Shown piece by piece: positions 44,190 through 55,209 of a DNA stretch of 64,000 nucleotides. This DNA is from Histomonas meleagridis 2922-C6/04-290x (Eukaryota; Protista; Parabasalia). The notes under the pieces were generated by a model. The model saw only the letters and a list, made by a program, of their open reading frames with translations, was not told the DNA's origin and made no database searches. Position 1 is the first letter of the stretch. Every line of letters begins with the position of its first letter. The translations under genes and the position numbers were made by a program. Location of the stretch: positions 124,001 through 188,000 of the forward strand of contig JAANOX010000238.1 of the NCBI GenBank assembly GCA_020184695.1, written 5' to 3'.

Positions 44190-45908
44190 TTATGCACTGT
44201 TAATTCTTCCTTTCAATGTGTTCAAGTTTTGTAATATGTCGTTATAGCAGCTAATTCCCTGACTAAAGCCGCCTTTAACGGACACCATATCTGTTTGGTA
44301 TTGCTGCAAGTTCATCTCCTTACACTTCCTCATTTCGGCAACTCTTCGCGATACTTCCATGAAAATTGGATTTAGCTCCGATGATACTTCGTTAAATCTC
44401 TTGTTGACTTCGATTTGGATGTTAACGATATCACGAGTGTCTATCTCTCCCGCGTACTTCTGAATCAAATCTTGTGCAATATCATTAGCTTTTCTTTGTA
44501 GATTTACAATTTGTGTCCGTAGTCCACTAAGAACATTGAATGCGTCAGACATTGGCTGTATGAGTGACATCGCTTTTCCGTATTGCATTTCGAAGAAGTT
44601 ATCAGTGTTTGCTGCTTGTTCGATTATACCCACGTAACGTGTGTAATGTTGGATGTCATTAGGTGCATACATTTGAAGGTAATCACCACGTTGTCGAACT
44701 ATGACTGAGATTGATGAAAGAGTTTCATTTGCTAAATTACGTTTTGCATATAACTCTGCGATTAAGTTTTGTAACTCATTAGCTGTCGCCGCTGGGTAAT
44801 ATTGTAAGCATTCATCAATGTCATGTAATGCACGTGATGCTTCGCTTTGGATGTTGTTGTGGCGCTGGCCGATAGACTGTACAATTGTGTTGGAAAGTGA
44901 CATGTTCAACGGCGCAATTTGAATGGTCGAGTTGAGGAAGTCAAACTTTGATGGGCAGTCAAACTTGTTGGACGCTGGAATAGCAGCTGGCGTGGCTGGA
45001 ACAGGCTCTAAATAAATGCCTTTGTTGTCGACTTCAGTTTGATTAAAGATGACTGAAAATGGTGATAATAAAGATTCATACATTAATCTAGTATTAACCT
45101 TTTTGCTGACAGGTGGAAGTAAAGACATGGCTGTGCGGCCGTATGAGAGACCATTGCCATACTCACCTTTTGTAAACTTGTTTAATGCCATCTCAACATT
45201 AGCGATAAAATCAAAGTAGTTGGAATGCGCTCGTTGACATGGATCACAGTTGTTATAGCATGCAGAAAGTAATTTGGCTAATTTAGCTATTAATAATGAA
45301 TTTTCAGGTGATTTGATTAGAGCAGTTGCAATTGTTGCATGATTATAAAACGTGTCAATATACACAGAAAGAGCATCAATGTTAGTCCTTGGGACAATTT
45401 GAGAAAATTCATCATGATAAAATTGAGACAATATGTTACATAGAGCACGTGAGCCAGTAACATTTGTGATAAATGCTTGGATGGAATCGAGAGTGTTAAG
45501 TTTAATTTGACATGCTTCATTTAAGAGGCAAATTATGATGGAATATGCCATGCAAAAGATATCAAAATCAACTGTGCTATGTGAAACTTTAGACCATGTG
45601 AATGTGATTCCAGCACCTTGCGTAGAGATGTCAATTCCTTCTGTGAGTGTTTTTACAAGTTTGATATAATCAGCAAACAATTGCCAATTTTCTTTTGGAA
45701 GTGCTAGATTCCTCAGTATTTGTTGGCGGATGTTATCTAATCTACTAATGTTTTGTGAGAAATTGTCAGGAAGTGTTAATTGCAATTTCTGAATAAGGTA
45801 AGTATATAGAAGACGGCCAACATCAACAGGTGCTGGATCTAGTGGTTTAAATGGAATCATTGGTGGACTTTCGCATGTGAACCTGATCACGTATTTATCA
45901 GACTGCAT
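44190..45908 (-). CDS. BRO1-domain-like (ALIX/Bro1-type) protein
   Basis: IPFKP..P.DV...Y, LDNIRQ, FADYIKLVKTL and ITFTW fit the BRO1 N-terminal pattern; helical V-domain-like tail; TCATTTTTT Inr upstream of ATG 45908. Confidence 0.6.
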   Translation of the reverse strand: MQSDKYVIRFTCESPPMIPFKPLDPAPVDVGRLLYTYLIQKLQLTLPDNFSQNISRLDNIRQQILRNLALPKENWQLFADYIKLVKTLTEGIDISTQGAGITFTWSKVSHSTVDFDIFCMAYSIIICLLNEACQIKLNTLDSIQAFITNVTGSRALCNILSQFYHDEFSQIVPRTNIDALSVYIDTFYNHATIATALIKSPENSLLIAKLAKLLSACYNNCDPCQRAHSNYFDFIANVEMALNKFTKGEYGNGLSYGRTAMSLLPPVSKKVNTRLMYESLLSPFSVIFNQTEVDNKGIYLEPVPATPAAIPASNKFDCPSKFDFLNSTIQIAPLNMSLSNTIVQSIGQRHNNIQSEASRALHDIDECLQYYPAATANELQNLIAELYAKRNLANETLSSISVIVRQRGDYLQMYAPNDIQHYTRYVGIIEQAANTDNFFEMQYGKAMSLIQPMSDAFNVLSGLRTQIVNLQRKANDIAQDLIQKYAGEIDTRDIVNIQIEVNKRFNEVSSELNPIFMEVSRRVAEMRKCKEMNLQQYQTDMVSVKGGFSQGISCYNDILQNLNTLKGRINSA

Positions 45909-46447
45909 AAACAAAAAATGAAATTCGCTTATTTACATAAACTTATCAAATATTTCACCGGTAACAGAATATTCTGTCAAAAACTGGCAGCCTCCAAATT
46001 TGCTAATTGTTTGGATTGGCAAAAATTGGTAAAAGATGAAAATGCCATTAGTGAAATGAGTGTGGAAAAATATGTAAAAAATTATTAAAGATAAAATATT
46101 TTAGAGATTTTTATTGTTTTGAGATCTTATGTCGGAATGTGATGCATTAGATCATACGAAATTCTAATATAAATCAATATTCACAGACAACATTTAACAA
46201 ATAGATTTAGAGTAAATGTGTTTATGAAATTTTATCGCCGATCTACAAATAAGTCACAAAATTTTCCAAAAAATATGATTTTGCATTGAATACTTTACTG
46301 AATTTCGTCAGTTTTGTCGCTGGAAAAAAATAAAATTAAATTTAATTAAAAGATATCTTGAATGAAACATGTTTAAATCGTTGAAAATAATTCGGAATAG
46401 ATGTTTATGATTTTTTTTTTAAATTCGGAAATCGATTTCCTTTTTTC

Positions 46448-46891
46448 TTATTTCCTTCGTCTTGAAACAAGCGAAAGAACAAATGCTGCTCCAGCTAAGA
46501 TGGCTGCGCCAACTCCTAATCCAATTGCAACATTTTTTTCCGTTTCACCTTCATGTTCATTTTTAATTTGCTTATAAATTTCCTTAGCAAGGTGTTCGTT
46601 TTGTGAGTACCTTACGTTTTTACATAGTTTAATGCATTCGTCATCATTTTTAAGACGGTACAATACCAAAATTATCAAAAATTCTCTTTGTGCCTGTTGA
46701 TTAGGTGCATCTTCAGGGAAAGATCTAAGCGATTCATATGCTACCTTGACGTTTTCTTTCGATTCTGATCTAGCAAGTGCATCTATCAGTCGCATCATAT
46801 CAGTCATGTCACCGCTTTCATCCATTGCTGCTTGAGCCTCGTTGATTTCATCAACTGAGGATGGCTTTAAAAAGGGTTTACAACTTCTCAT
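46448..46891 (-). CDS. FIS1: Fis1-like tail-anchored TPR protein
   Basis: 147 aa; LIDALARS...REFLIILVLYRL TPR-like helices; C-terminal TM followed by RRRK. Confidence 0.7.
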   Translation of the reverse strand: MRSCKPFLKPSSVDEINEAQAAMDESGDMTDMMRLIDALARSESKENVKVAYESLRSFPEDAPNQQAQREFLIILVLYRLKNDDECIKLCKNVRYSQNEHLAKEIYKQIKNEHEGETEKNVAIGLGVGAAILAGAAFVLSLVSRRRK

Positions 46892-46989
46892 CGAAATTTA
46901 TTGAAGTGACCAAATAACGAAATTTAAGTTATTAAAAAACTGCCATGTAAAGTATTTAATATGAAAGAAAATATTAAACAAAACTTCAA

Positions 46990-47733
46990 CTAAAGTTCTT
47001 CCTCTTCTTCTGACTCACTAATTTCTTCTTCTTCCGGATACGCTTCTTTGTATGCTTTGCGTGCTGCAAGGATTACTGTTTTAGCAACTTCACAGCCAAG
47101 AGGCTTGAACGTCCTAACTTCCATCTTTTCAAGTTTCCGATAATCGTTAAAAAATTGGTTGATCATGAGCATCTTAAATGGAGGGAGTTCTGAAATGTCA
47201 TGGTAAATGTTATATTCAGGATCAGATATAGATACCGCTACTATTTTATCATCTGGTTCGCCACATTTCATCATCGGCATTACACCAATAGGGCGTGCAC
47301 GAATCAGTGATAGTGGTGGAACGGAAACTTGGCATAAAACTAATATATCTAAAGGAACTGCATTATCAACAATCGTTTCTGGAATAAAACCATAGTTAGC
47401 AGGATAAACTACAGAAGAATGGATGATACGGTCAACTTTAAGAAGACCCGTTTCAACATCTAGCTCTGTTTTTACTCTTGAAAATGCAGGAATTTCGATA
47501 ATTGCATTAACAACATCAGGACAAGCATTACCTATACTAACTGCATGCCATGGGTTGTGCATCATTAATGTTCTTTCTGTTGAAACTTGTGTAATTGGTT
47601 TTTTAGCATCAACTGATGAATATATTTGATCTAAGTAATCTTGGTATTCTATTTCAGACTTGGAAACACGGATACCGTCCCGCATGACAAATTCTGTAGT
47701 TTGGAATGTTTCTGCAAGAACAATTGTCGACAT
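46990..47733 (-). CDS. Family I soluble inorganic pyrophosphatase-like protein
   Basis: IIEIP...K.E, VDRIIHSSVVYPANYGFIPET, PLDILV, DDKIVAV and FFNDYRKLE. Confidence 0.88.
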   Translation of the reverse strand: MSTIVLAETFQTTEFVMRDGIRVSKSEIEYQDYLDQIYSSVDAKKPITQVSTERTLMMHNPWHAVSIGNACPDVVNAIIEIPAFSRVKTELDVETGLLKVDRIIHSSVVYPANYGFIPETIVDNAVPLDILVLCQVSVPPLSLIRARPIGVMPMMKCGEPDDKIVAVSISDPEYNIYHDISELPPFKMLMINQFFNDYRKLEKMEVRTFKPLGCEVAKTVILAARKAYKEAYPEEEEISESEEEEEL

Positions 47734-48154
47734 TTTTTAGGAAGAAAATGTCAAAACCGATAATTTTAAACAAACTTTTTTGACTGAATTTTTTTATGCC
47801 AATTTAATTTTTCTTAAAATTCATTAAAAAAAATTATGCCAACATTGTTGCCTAGTCAATTCACCTTTCAATGTTCATTTCGATATAGAATCAGAACTTA
47901 AATGCGATTTATACGAGATTAACATTTGGGGCCTGTGTCAAGAAAGTCAAATTTTGAATGTTGAAAAGTATTAAAATCAAAGTATTAAAAAAAAATCTTG
48001 GGGTATACACCATAAACAGTGAAAATGATTATTTTGCAAAAAATGTGTTGTAAATGATTTACAAGGTTAAATGATATTCACATTACATTATTATAATGTA
48101 ATTGATGATTACAAAATAAAAAAAAATTTGTAACGTTTTTTTAACGTACTCTAA

Positions 48155-50734
48155 ATGTCTTTTTCTTCAATCCTTACTGAAAGACTTAAAAATAGAAATT
48201 TTATTTCTGTCAGTTTGGACTATGAAGTCCTGCAATTATTTTGCGAAGACATATGTTCTAAGCTTGATGAACTTGATGAAAAAATATTAATTCTTGAAAA
48301 AGCACAAACAAGCAAAGAAAACTTTGAAGAAACACAGCACATTACAGCTGAAAAGCAAAGCAACGAATATGAAAGTCGAATATCATCACTTGAAAATAAT
48401 AACAAAGAACTTACTGAACAACTAAATTCACTCAAACAAGAAATACAAAATATGCTCAAAGATAATAATGAAAAAATAGATGCATCAATTGGGAAATGTA
48501 TCATTGATACCGGCAATATCACACGAAACCTTATTCAAGAAAGTGCTCCTGAAGTTGCAAACAATGCAATGAAATTGATTCCCAACCTTGATTCTTTAAT
48601 ACGTGATAACATTGAAAAGCAAAAACAGATCGACTCATTGAATTCAACACTCAATGAAATGAAAAATGAAATAAACCAATTAAAACAGCACAAGCAATCA
48701 AATGTCTCTTCTTTTTCAACACCACGACAACATTCAAATGAATCATCAATAATTCTTCAACAACCACAACAACCCGAAACCGATGAAATCCCTTCCCAAA
48801 ACAACGTATCTTTAGAGACAAATCAAGAGACCGAACAAAATAATATTGATTACCCGTCAAATGATTCATCAATAAATATCAACAAATTTAAAGAAGAACT
48901 TTCATATATGCAAAGCAACATGGAGCAAGACATTGAGCCCATTCGTGGTGATATTGAATGCCTTCAATCCTTAATACGTGATGTCGAAGATAATCACATT
49001 GAAGATATTGCACAACTTAAAGCACGAATTGAAGGACTTGAAAGCGCAGTTCAAAAGCCACTTGACATATCTGCGATTACAAAGAGTAATGGCGATATTG
49101 ATATTGCACCAATTCTCCAACAACTTCAACATCAGAAGTCACTTATTCAGTCAAACTCAGAACGAATATCGACAATTGAAGAGAAACTCAAGACGAAAAT
49201 TTCTGAAATACAGCAACAAAACTCGAATATAAACGACAACATATTTGATATACCAAACAAAGAAATGATTCCGGAAAAAAGTCAAACATTTAACACACAG
49301 CAAAATTCAAATATAAATTCATTTGACCATAATAAACCAAAACCAAACATACCACCGCATAATAAGCTAAAGATAACGCATATGAATGACCAACGATTCG
49401 ATTCCCTTAATCAATCTGTGCGTGTGCTCGAGAAAGAGATGAAAGAAGTAAAGAATGCACTGCACTCACTGAATTATGAAATGCCAACGCCACAAGAAAC
49501 AAATACTAATGACAACAACACAAAAATACAAAATATCGAAACACCAAAAATTCGTTCATTAAATTCTGGTGAAGATGACAATAGTAATAACAATGAATTT
49601 ACAATTAAAACGCGTTCAGAACCAAACAAAATTGCTAAAGCTAACAACGAAACTATAATAAGCGAACGCCGAAATAATGAAAATTCAACAAATACAAATA
49701 ACGAAGAAAATCCAAATCAAAATCCAAATGAAATATATTCGCTAACAACTTCAAATAACACTAACGAAGAAATTCATTCCAACGCGCGAAGTAATTCCAA
49801 ATCCAATCGAACATATTCGCCGAACATCAACACTGAAGAAGTTACGTACAAAGTTTCGCGCAAAGAATTCCACGAAGTTCCGCAGCTCCATAACTACTCC
49901 GAGATACGCTCCGAGCTCAATCAGATCTGGTCCAAACTCAAAGAGCTCACCGAACTCGAAAACGAAGACATTAATAATAATAATAATTCATTTAAAGATA
50001 CAAATGATTTCATACCGAAAACAACAGATTTAACTTCGCACGCAAACACAACAACGCCGAAAGTCATTCACACGATATTCGAGAAGACGATTTTACCAAA
50101 AATATCAGCGAAACAACAAACGCAAACACAAAAAAATAATGCAAATTCACAAATCGAAGACATAAAACTGAGTAATACATTCGATAAAGTGGATAAACAA
50201 GAAAACCTTTTGTACCAACTAAAAAGAGCTGTCGAGATTCAACAAAGAAACATTTTGCAACTCGATGAAGCAAAAGTCGATAAAAATTCGGCGCAAGCGT
50301 TGTTCGAACAATTTAGAATCGCATTGAGTGAGCTAAACTCGAGATTAAACACAATAAAAAAGGCATTGATCGGAAAGGTAAATGCTGCAGATTTGAATAC
50401 TTACTTCGGTAATTTGATGGGCGAGTTTAACAATGACGAAACTTCGACAGGTACTGAAAATATTCGGTGTTTATGTTGTGGAAGGCCAAGGAGAAATATT
50501 AAAGGCGCAATCGATGACCCTTCGATGGTGAATAAAATAGCCGGGCCTGTCTCTACAAGAGTATTAGGTGATGGAGAAGGTCAGGTTTGCTTCGTTTATG
50601 GAGAAAGAGGTGATATGTATATTGGTCGATCTGGAAATGGAAAATCGATCTTTAGTAAGGCTCCAAGCGTAAATAGCTCGCCGAAAAGGAAGTCAAGGGA
50701 AACGCCAAAAAGTTTGGAGCCTCTTTCGAAATGA
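48155..50734 (+). CDS. Coiled-coil protein with C-terminal CxxC (RCLCCGRP) motif
   Basis: 859-aa ORF with Asn/Thr-rich middle. Confidence 0.8.
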   Translation: MSFSSILTERLKNRNFISVSLDYEVLQLFCEDICSKLDELDEKILILEKAQTSKENFEETQHITAEKQSNEYESRISSLENNNKELTEQLNSLKQEIQNMLKDNNEKIDASIGKCIIDTGNITRNLIQESAPEVANNAMKLIPNLDSLIRDNIEKQKQIDSLNSTLNEMKNEINQLKQHKQSNVSSFSTPRQHSNESSIILQQPQQPETDEIPSQNNVSLETNQETEQNNIDYPSNDSSININKFKEELSYMQSNMEQDIEPIRGDIECLQSLIRDVEDNHIEDIAQLKARIEGLESAVQKPLDISAITKSNGDIDIAPILQQLQHQKSLIQSNSERISTIEEKLKTKISEIQQQNSNINDNIFDIPNKEMIPEKSQTFNTQQNSNINSFDHNKPKPNIPPHNKLKITHMNDQRFDSLNQSVRVLEKEMKEVKNALHSLNYEMPTPQETNTNDNNTKIQNIETPKIRSLNSGEDDNSNNNEFTIKTRSEPNKIAKANNETIISERRNNENSTNTNNEENPNQNPNEIYSLTTSNNTNEEIHSNARSNSKSNRTYSPNINTEEVTYKVSRKEFHEVPQLHNYSEIRSELNQIWSKLKELTELENEDINNNNNSFKDTNDFIPKTTDLTSHANTTTPKVIHTIFEKTILPKISAKQQTQTQKNNANSQIEDIKLSNTFDKVDKQENLLYQLKRAVEIQQRNILQLDEAKVDKNSAQALFEQFRIALSELNSRLNTIKKALIGKVNAADLNTYFGNLMGEFNNDETSTGTENIRCLCCGRPRRNIKGAIDDPSMVNKIAGPVSTRVLGDGEGQVCFVYGERGDMYIGRSGNGKSIFSKAPSVNSSPKRKSRETPKSLEPLSK

Positions 50735-50823
50735 ATTTGACAGCGGAAAATTTTGTTTAGTAATTTTTAATAAAATATTGAAATTGTTTTGTAAATTTGC
50801 CAATCAAAAAAATCGGTAAAAAA

Positions 50824-51225
50824 ATGAAAGAAAATGAAAAACAAAATGATATCAAATCACAATTATTGGAATTGATGAATGAAATAGATGAAAAAGCTAA
50901 TAAATATTCCGAAGATCAAAAGAAAAAAATACAACAACAATTGATTTTTGAATACAAATTTATTTTGAAAAATAAACTTGAAGATAAAAACACGACTATA
51001 GAGCCTTGTGATGAAAAAGAATTCAACGAAATTTATACTACATTCTCTAAAGACAAAGACATCAAAAAGTCAAAAAAAGTTGAAAATCTTCGGCAAATTG
51101 CAATGAAACTTGCAAATGTCTCTGGAATAAAGCTCCTCAGTGAAACAATGAAGCACAAAAAAACATTGACACAATGGTTTAAGCTGTATATGGATGATCT
51201 AAAAATGTATATTGATTCAATATAA
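50824..51225 (+). CDS. Small hypothetical protein
   Basis: ORF from ATG MKENEKQ; no family recognised. Confidence 0.5.
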   Translation: MKENEKQNDIKSQLLELMNEIDEKANKYSEDQKKKIQQQLIFEYKFILKNKLEDKNTTIEPCDEKEFNEIYTTFSKDKDIKKSKKVENLRQIAMKLANVSGIKLLSETMKHKKTLTQWFKLYMDDLKMYIDSI

Positions 51226-51416
51226 TGATACACAACCAGCAAACATAGTAAACCTCAATTGTATAGAGTACATTTCTATAGTTTTTTTTGTTTTTTATGT
51301 TGCACATTAAATCAGATCACCAAAATCAGTTTAAGAAATTTTAAAAAATTTTACAGATTTAAATCTCATTGAAATTACTAAAAATATGCAAAAATAATAC
51401 GAGATAAATTGATATT

Positions 51417-51671
51417 TTATTGACGATAAACGTTTTCTAAAAGACCTTTCTCTGTTGCAATGCGATTGAGAGCATTGTCAGCTTCTCCAAGGTTACGAAG
51501 ATAGCCTGAGAAAACAACTGTTTCGAATTCACCTGTTGGGAGACCTTCTTCATTTAACTTGGCGATTCTGAATTGAACAGATGCATGGTCATGTGGCGGG
51601 ATAAGGCGGTGTGTGGCATCACACTTGCGAGGAATAAGTCTGTCGACAACTTCACCCTTTTCGTTTTGCAT
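51417..51671 (-). CDS. RPS21: 40S ribosomal protein S21
   Basis: MQNEKGEVVD..IPRKCDAT.RLI...DHASVQ signature. Confidence 0.95.
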   Translation of the reverse strand: MQNEKGEVVDRLIPRKCDATHRLIPPHDHASVQFRIAKLNEEGLPTGEFETVVFSGYLRNLGEADNALNRIATEKGLLENVYRQ

Positions 51672-52244
51672 TTATAAAAGAGAGACCATAACGGTTAATA
51701 ACCGCACATGATTTGGTCGGATAAAAAGTGCTAAAATAAATGCCGAAACGATTAATTTTAATACAAAAAAATTGGAATCTTTCAAAGATAAGAAAATTTG
51801 TTAAAAAATTAATGTGTCGGAATGATATTTAAAAATAGCAGTTAGTTAGATATGAATTAAACAATGAACAAAATTTATTACATCAATTAGCTAGAATAGT
51901 TAATATTTAACACGCTTCACAAGAAAAATAAATCGTGCATAAGATGATATCATCAACCAGAGACCATAATCAACGTAAAATATCGTAAGATTTATTAAGT
52001 TGGTTATTGAGTAAATGCAATTCAAATTGTACTAGTAATCATATTCATGTAGATTGTATAAGGGATAATAAGAAAGTGATACAAACATTATTATCCACAA
52101 CAATTTCTAAAAAAATTGTTCCAATGCATTTATTATTTTTTTTAATAACTTTTTACAATTAACAATTAACAATTCCGATTCAATAAAAAATTATTTTGTT
52201 TCATACCAAATATTTTTATTGAATTTATATAAATTTTTTATTTA

Positions 52245-53336
52245 TTACATTGATTTAATTCCCGCTTTAAGTGCTTCAGATTTTCTCAAAATCACCAAAA
52301 TTACCACGCCAAATGATACATAATACAAAACAAGCATTGCTCCGCTTATCGTAAATTCATTATTTTTCATGTTTGGAAACATCTCTTTCAAAGTTGTTTC
52401 TGTTGCCTTATCATAAAACCCCTTTTTAATATTGTTTATCACTGTTTCAAGTTTTTGTGGCTCTTTTAATTCATCCACCAAATGAAACGAATTTTTGCTT
52501 TTATCGGCAATAAATATCGACGGCAATGTCAAATTCGCGTTTGGATAATATGTCTTAAATTTGTTTATGTGGATTTTGCCAAACAAAATGTATTTAGTGT
52601 TAATTCCAACTAAACTTCGAAAATCAACAAGTTGCGAATAATTGGAATAAACAAAGAAGACAAAGTGTCGTGGAGTGGTAATACCGTCCCTTAGTTTCCA
52701 ATCGCCCATTTGAACTTTGCTTATGTCATTCGTAAATTTTGCCATTGAATCAATGTCAAAATTACCATTGTATTCGACAAAAACTTTTTCAAAAATGTAA
52801 TATCGAAAGGATTTTGTTGACGTTGAGTTATTGCCAATATAAAATGGTACTTTTGTATTGGATTTATCTTTGATTTGATCAACTTGGGAACATCGATATT
52901 CATCAGTGCTTCCACCCTGATAAAGGAAAAATGGATATTCTTTCTTAAAATCGATGGGAAATCGTGAACATTTGACAGCCATATTAATTTTCTTAAGTTT
53001 TTCAGCTTCCTCAATAAAAGATTCTAAATTCCTTTCAGGATCAATTTCTGTTGCTTTTCCTCTAATGACTTTAACAAAAGTTGGGAAGCCAGATAATCTG
53101 AAAATTTCATCGCATGATGACATAAACTGAGCACAGTTAATTTCGCCCACTGTGATGTTTTGGTCTTTTTCATATTTGCTCATAAATTGAATCCATTCAG
53201 GATGAATTTGTTTACAATGACTGCAATAAGGTGAATACATTAATAAAAAAGCTGGCACATCGTAACTACTGTAAATAATATTTTTAAAGGTTTTATCTGT
53301 TAATATTTCTCTTAGAGAAATTAATAAGATAATCAT
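52245..53336 (-). CDS. Thioredoxin/PDI-like membrane protein
   Basis: Signal-like N-terminus; FLLMYSPYCSHCKQ (CxxC), GEINCAQ and GFPTF; C-terminal TM. Confidence 0.85.
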   Translation of the reverse strand: MIILLISLREILTDKTFKNIIYSSYDVPAFLLMYSPYCSHCKQIHPEWIQFMSKYEKDQNITVGEINCAQFMSSCDEIFRLSGFPTFVKVIRGKATEIDPERNLESFIEEAEKLKKINMAVKCSRFPIDFKKEYPFFLYQGGSTDEYRCSQVDQIKDKSNTKVPFYIGNNSTSTKSFRYYIFEKVFVEYNGNFDIDSMAKFTNDISKVQMGDWKLRDGITTPRHFVFFVYSNYSQLVDFRSLVGINTKYILFGKIHINKFKTYYPNANLTLPSIFIADKSKNSFHLVDELKEPQKLETVINNIKKGFYDKATETTLKEMFPNMKNNEFTISGAMLVLYYVSFGVVILVILRKSEALKAGIKSM

Positions 53337-53592
53337 CAAAGAGAGCGACTCTTGTTTGCTCCAGTTGAAGCCGATAAGAAGCGGTTATCAGAACGTTATT
53401 ACTGAATTAACATGGAAGTTTTAATACCGAATAAATAAAAAAAATAAATTAAATAATTATTATATAATATTTATCTAAATATATTTAGATAAAAGCCGAG
53501 AAATAATGTATTACTCACCAAATTCCAAAAATTTTCAAAAAATCGAAATCACTAAAAACATCAAATTTAATCTGTTTTAAATGAGACTGTTG

Positions 53593-54332
53593 TGTACGTG
53601 AATTGTCAAAAATCATTCAATTCATGAGTAAACTATTCAAGCTAAAATTTTCACTATATCGTACTAGCGACCGTTAGAGGCTGAAGGAAGACCATTGTTG
53701 AAGCAGCAAATGCATATTAAATTTAATTTGGCAATTCAGCGCTGAATCTCATAAATTTATGAATTCTTTGAAAAAGTGTAATTCAAAATATTTTAGCATA
53801 CATTAAAAGCATACAGTGATACAAAAAATGTGAAAATTTAGTGAAAAGAACTGAAAATTCTTGTGGACCACCCCAAAACCGTTGACAATCGGAATACACA
53901 TGAAACTTTTATACAAATATGTAAAATAGAATACAACAATATATCACACACAAAAAGTTGAAGGGTTCATTAATCCATTTGTTTACTATGAGACAAAACG
54001 AATATACAACTCTAAAACAAATTTTTACATGCGAGCGCCGAAGTAGCGAGCGGTTGTGATCGTATTTCACTGAAAAAGCCTATATTCTTCAGTGAAATAC
54101 GATCACAACCGCAGAAGTGGGTTGACATGTGATTGAATAGTTTACATCGAAATTTAATGATTTTTGAGAATTTCCGTACAGCTGGTATACAAAAAATCTC
54201 GAAAATGATATGAATGATTATGTATCCAAACAGACTACTCAATTATTTCACAACGTAAATTAAAATCTGTTCAATTTCCACTTTTTGAGTGGTTTACTCG
54301 AAAATTGAATGATTTTTGAGAATTTCCGTACA
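53593..54332. mobile_element. Degenerate non-autonomous inverted-repeat element (~740 bp)
   Basis: About 48-bp imperfect inverted repeats at 53593-53640 and 54285-54332; an extra internal direct copy at ~54150-54182. Confidence 0.55.
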
Positions 54333-54463
54333 GGACACTGTTTAAAGTGAGACATAACGGGTCGTATTCTAATTTTCTTATAGATTTTAAATATTTTAAA
54401 ATATTTAAAAAAAATTTCATATGTTTTAATAAGAAAGAAGACTTTGCTTTAATTTCATCTCAT

Positions 54464-54814
54464 TATCAATAATCAGATCCAACGAAATATGTTACAGGAT
54501 GAAATTTCCATATGGAATCTTGTCAAAATAGATGAAAACAATGTTAAAAAAAATAACATTGTCTCCTCAGATTCTTCAAAATCATGTTTTTGCATTACTG
54601 ATAAATTGAATACCCCTTTATTGGTGAAATTAAGAACGGATCAATAGTAATTCATCCTGCGAATTTCAAATTTATTATTACGTCAAATCACAGTATTGAA
54701 GAAGCTTTCTCTAATAGTTCTGAAGATGACATAATGGCAATATAAAAAAAATACGAAGAAGTGAATATAACAGGGCCGGATGACTTATTCCTAAGTAGAA
54801 ATCCAATGGATTAA
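54464..54814 (+). pseudogene. rep: Degenerate CRESS-type Rep, SF3 helicase C-terminal half
   Basis: Manual translation: LVKIDE (Walker B), TDK/YPFIGEIKNGSIVIHPANFKFIITSNH (motif C), DIMAI*KKY; contains stops and frameshifts. Confidence 0.75.
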
Positions 54815-54889
54815 ATAAACAATTCATTTGAAAATTTTTTCCTTAAATTGTTTTTAATATACCTATAAATTTGTGACTTTTTGAATGGA

Positions 54890-55102
54890 GACCGTTATGT
54901 ACCATTCTCGAAATTACGGTTATCACGATCAAAATGAATTGAATTTAGAAATAAAGTATTCAATTCTGGAGACCGTTATGTACCAAAATAGATATTTTTT
55001 TGCTATAGTAATATAATCTTGACTGGAGGTACCGCTAACGTCCTCCGCAAGATGGTGCCTAGCATAAGAATTTTTATTTTTTAACGTCCTAAAATAACGG
55101 TC
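54890..55102 (+). repeat. 213-bp repeat, copy 1 (9-bp terminal inverted repeats GACCGTTAT/ATAACGGTC)
   Basis: 211/213 identical to 61340-61552. Confidence 0.9.
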
Positions 55103-55209
55103 GGAATTGAAAAATAAAATTACTCAGATTTCCCATAGTTATCCGATTTTGTAAAGTATTTAATTCCACAGAAATGACGACCGTTTGAGGATGACCATTC
55201 AATACATTG

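Noticed and set aside
55004-55016. Minus-strand TTATATTAC in the 213-bp repeat as a CRESS nonanucleotide origin
   Set aside because: One mismatch to TAATATTAC, no supporting stem, and expected by chance in AT-rich DNA
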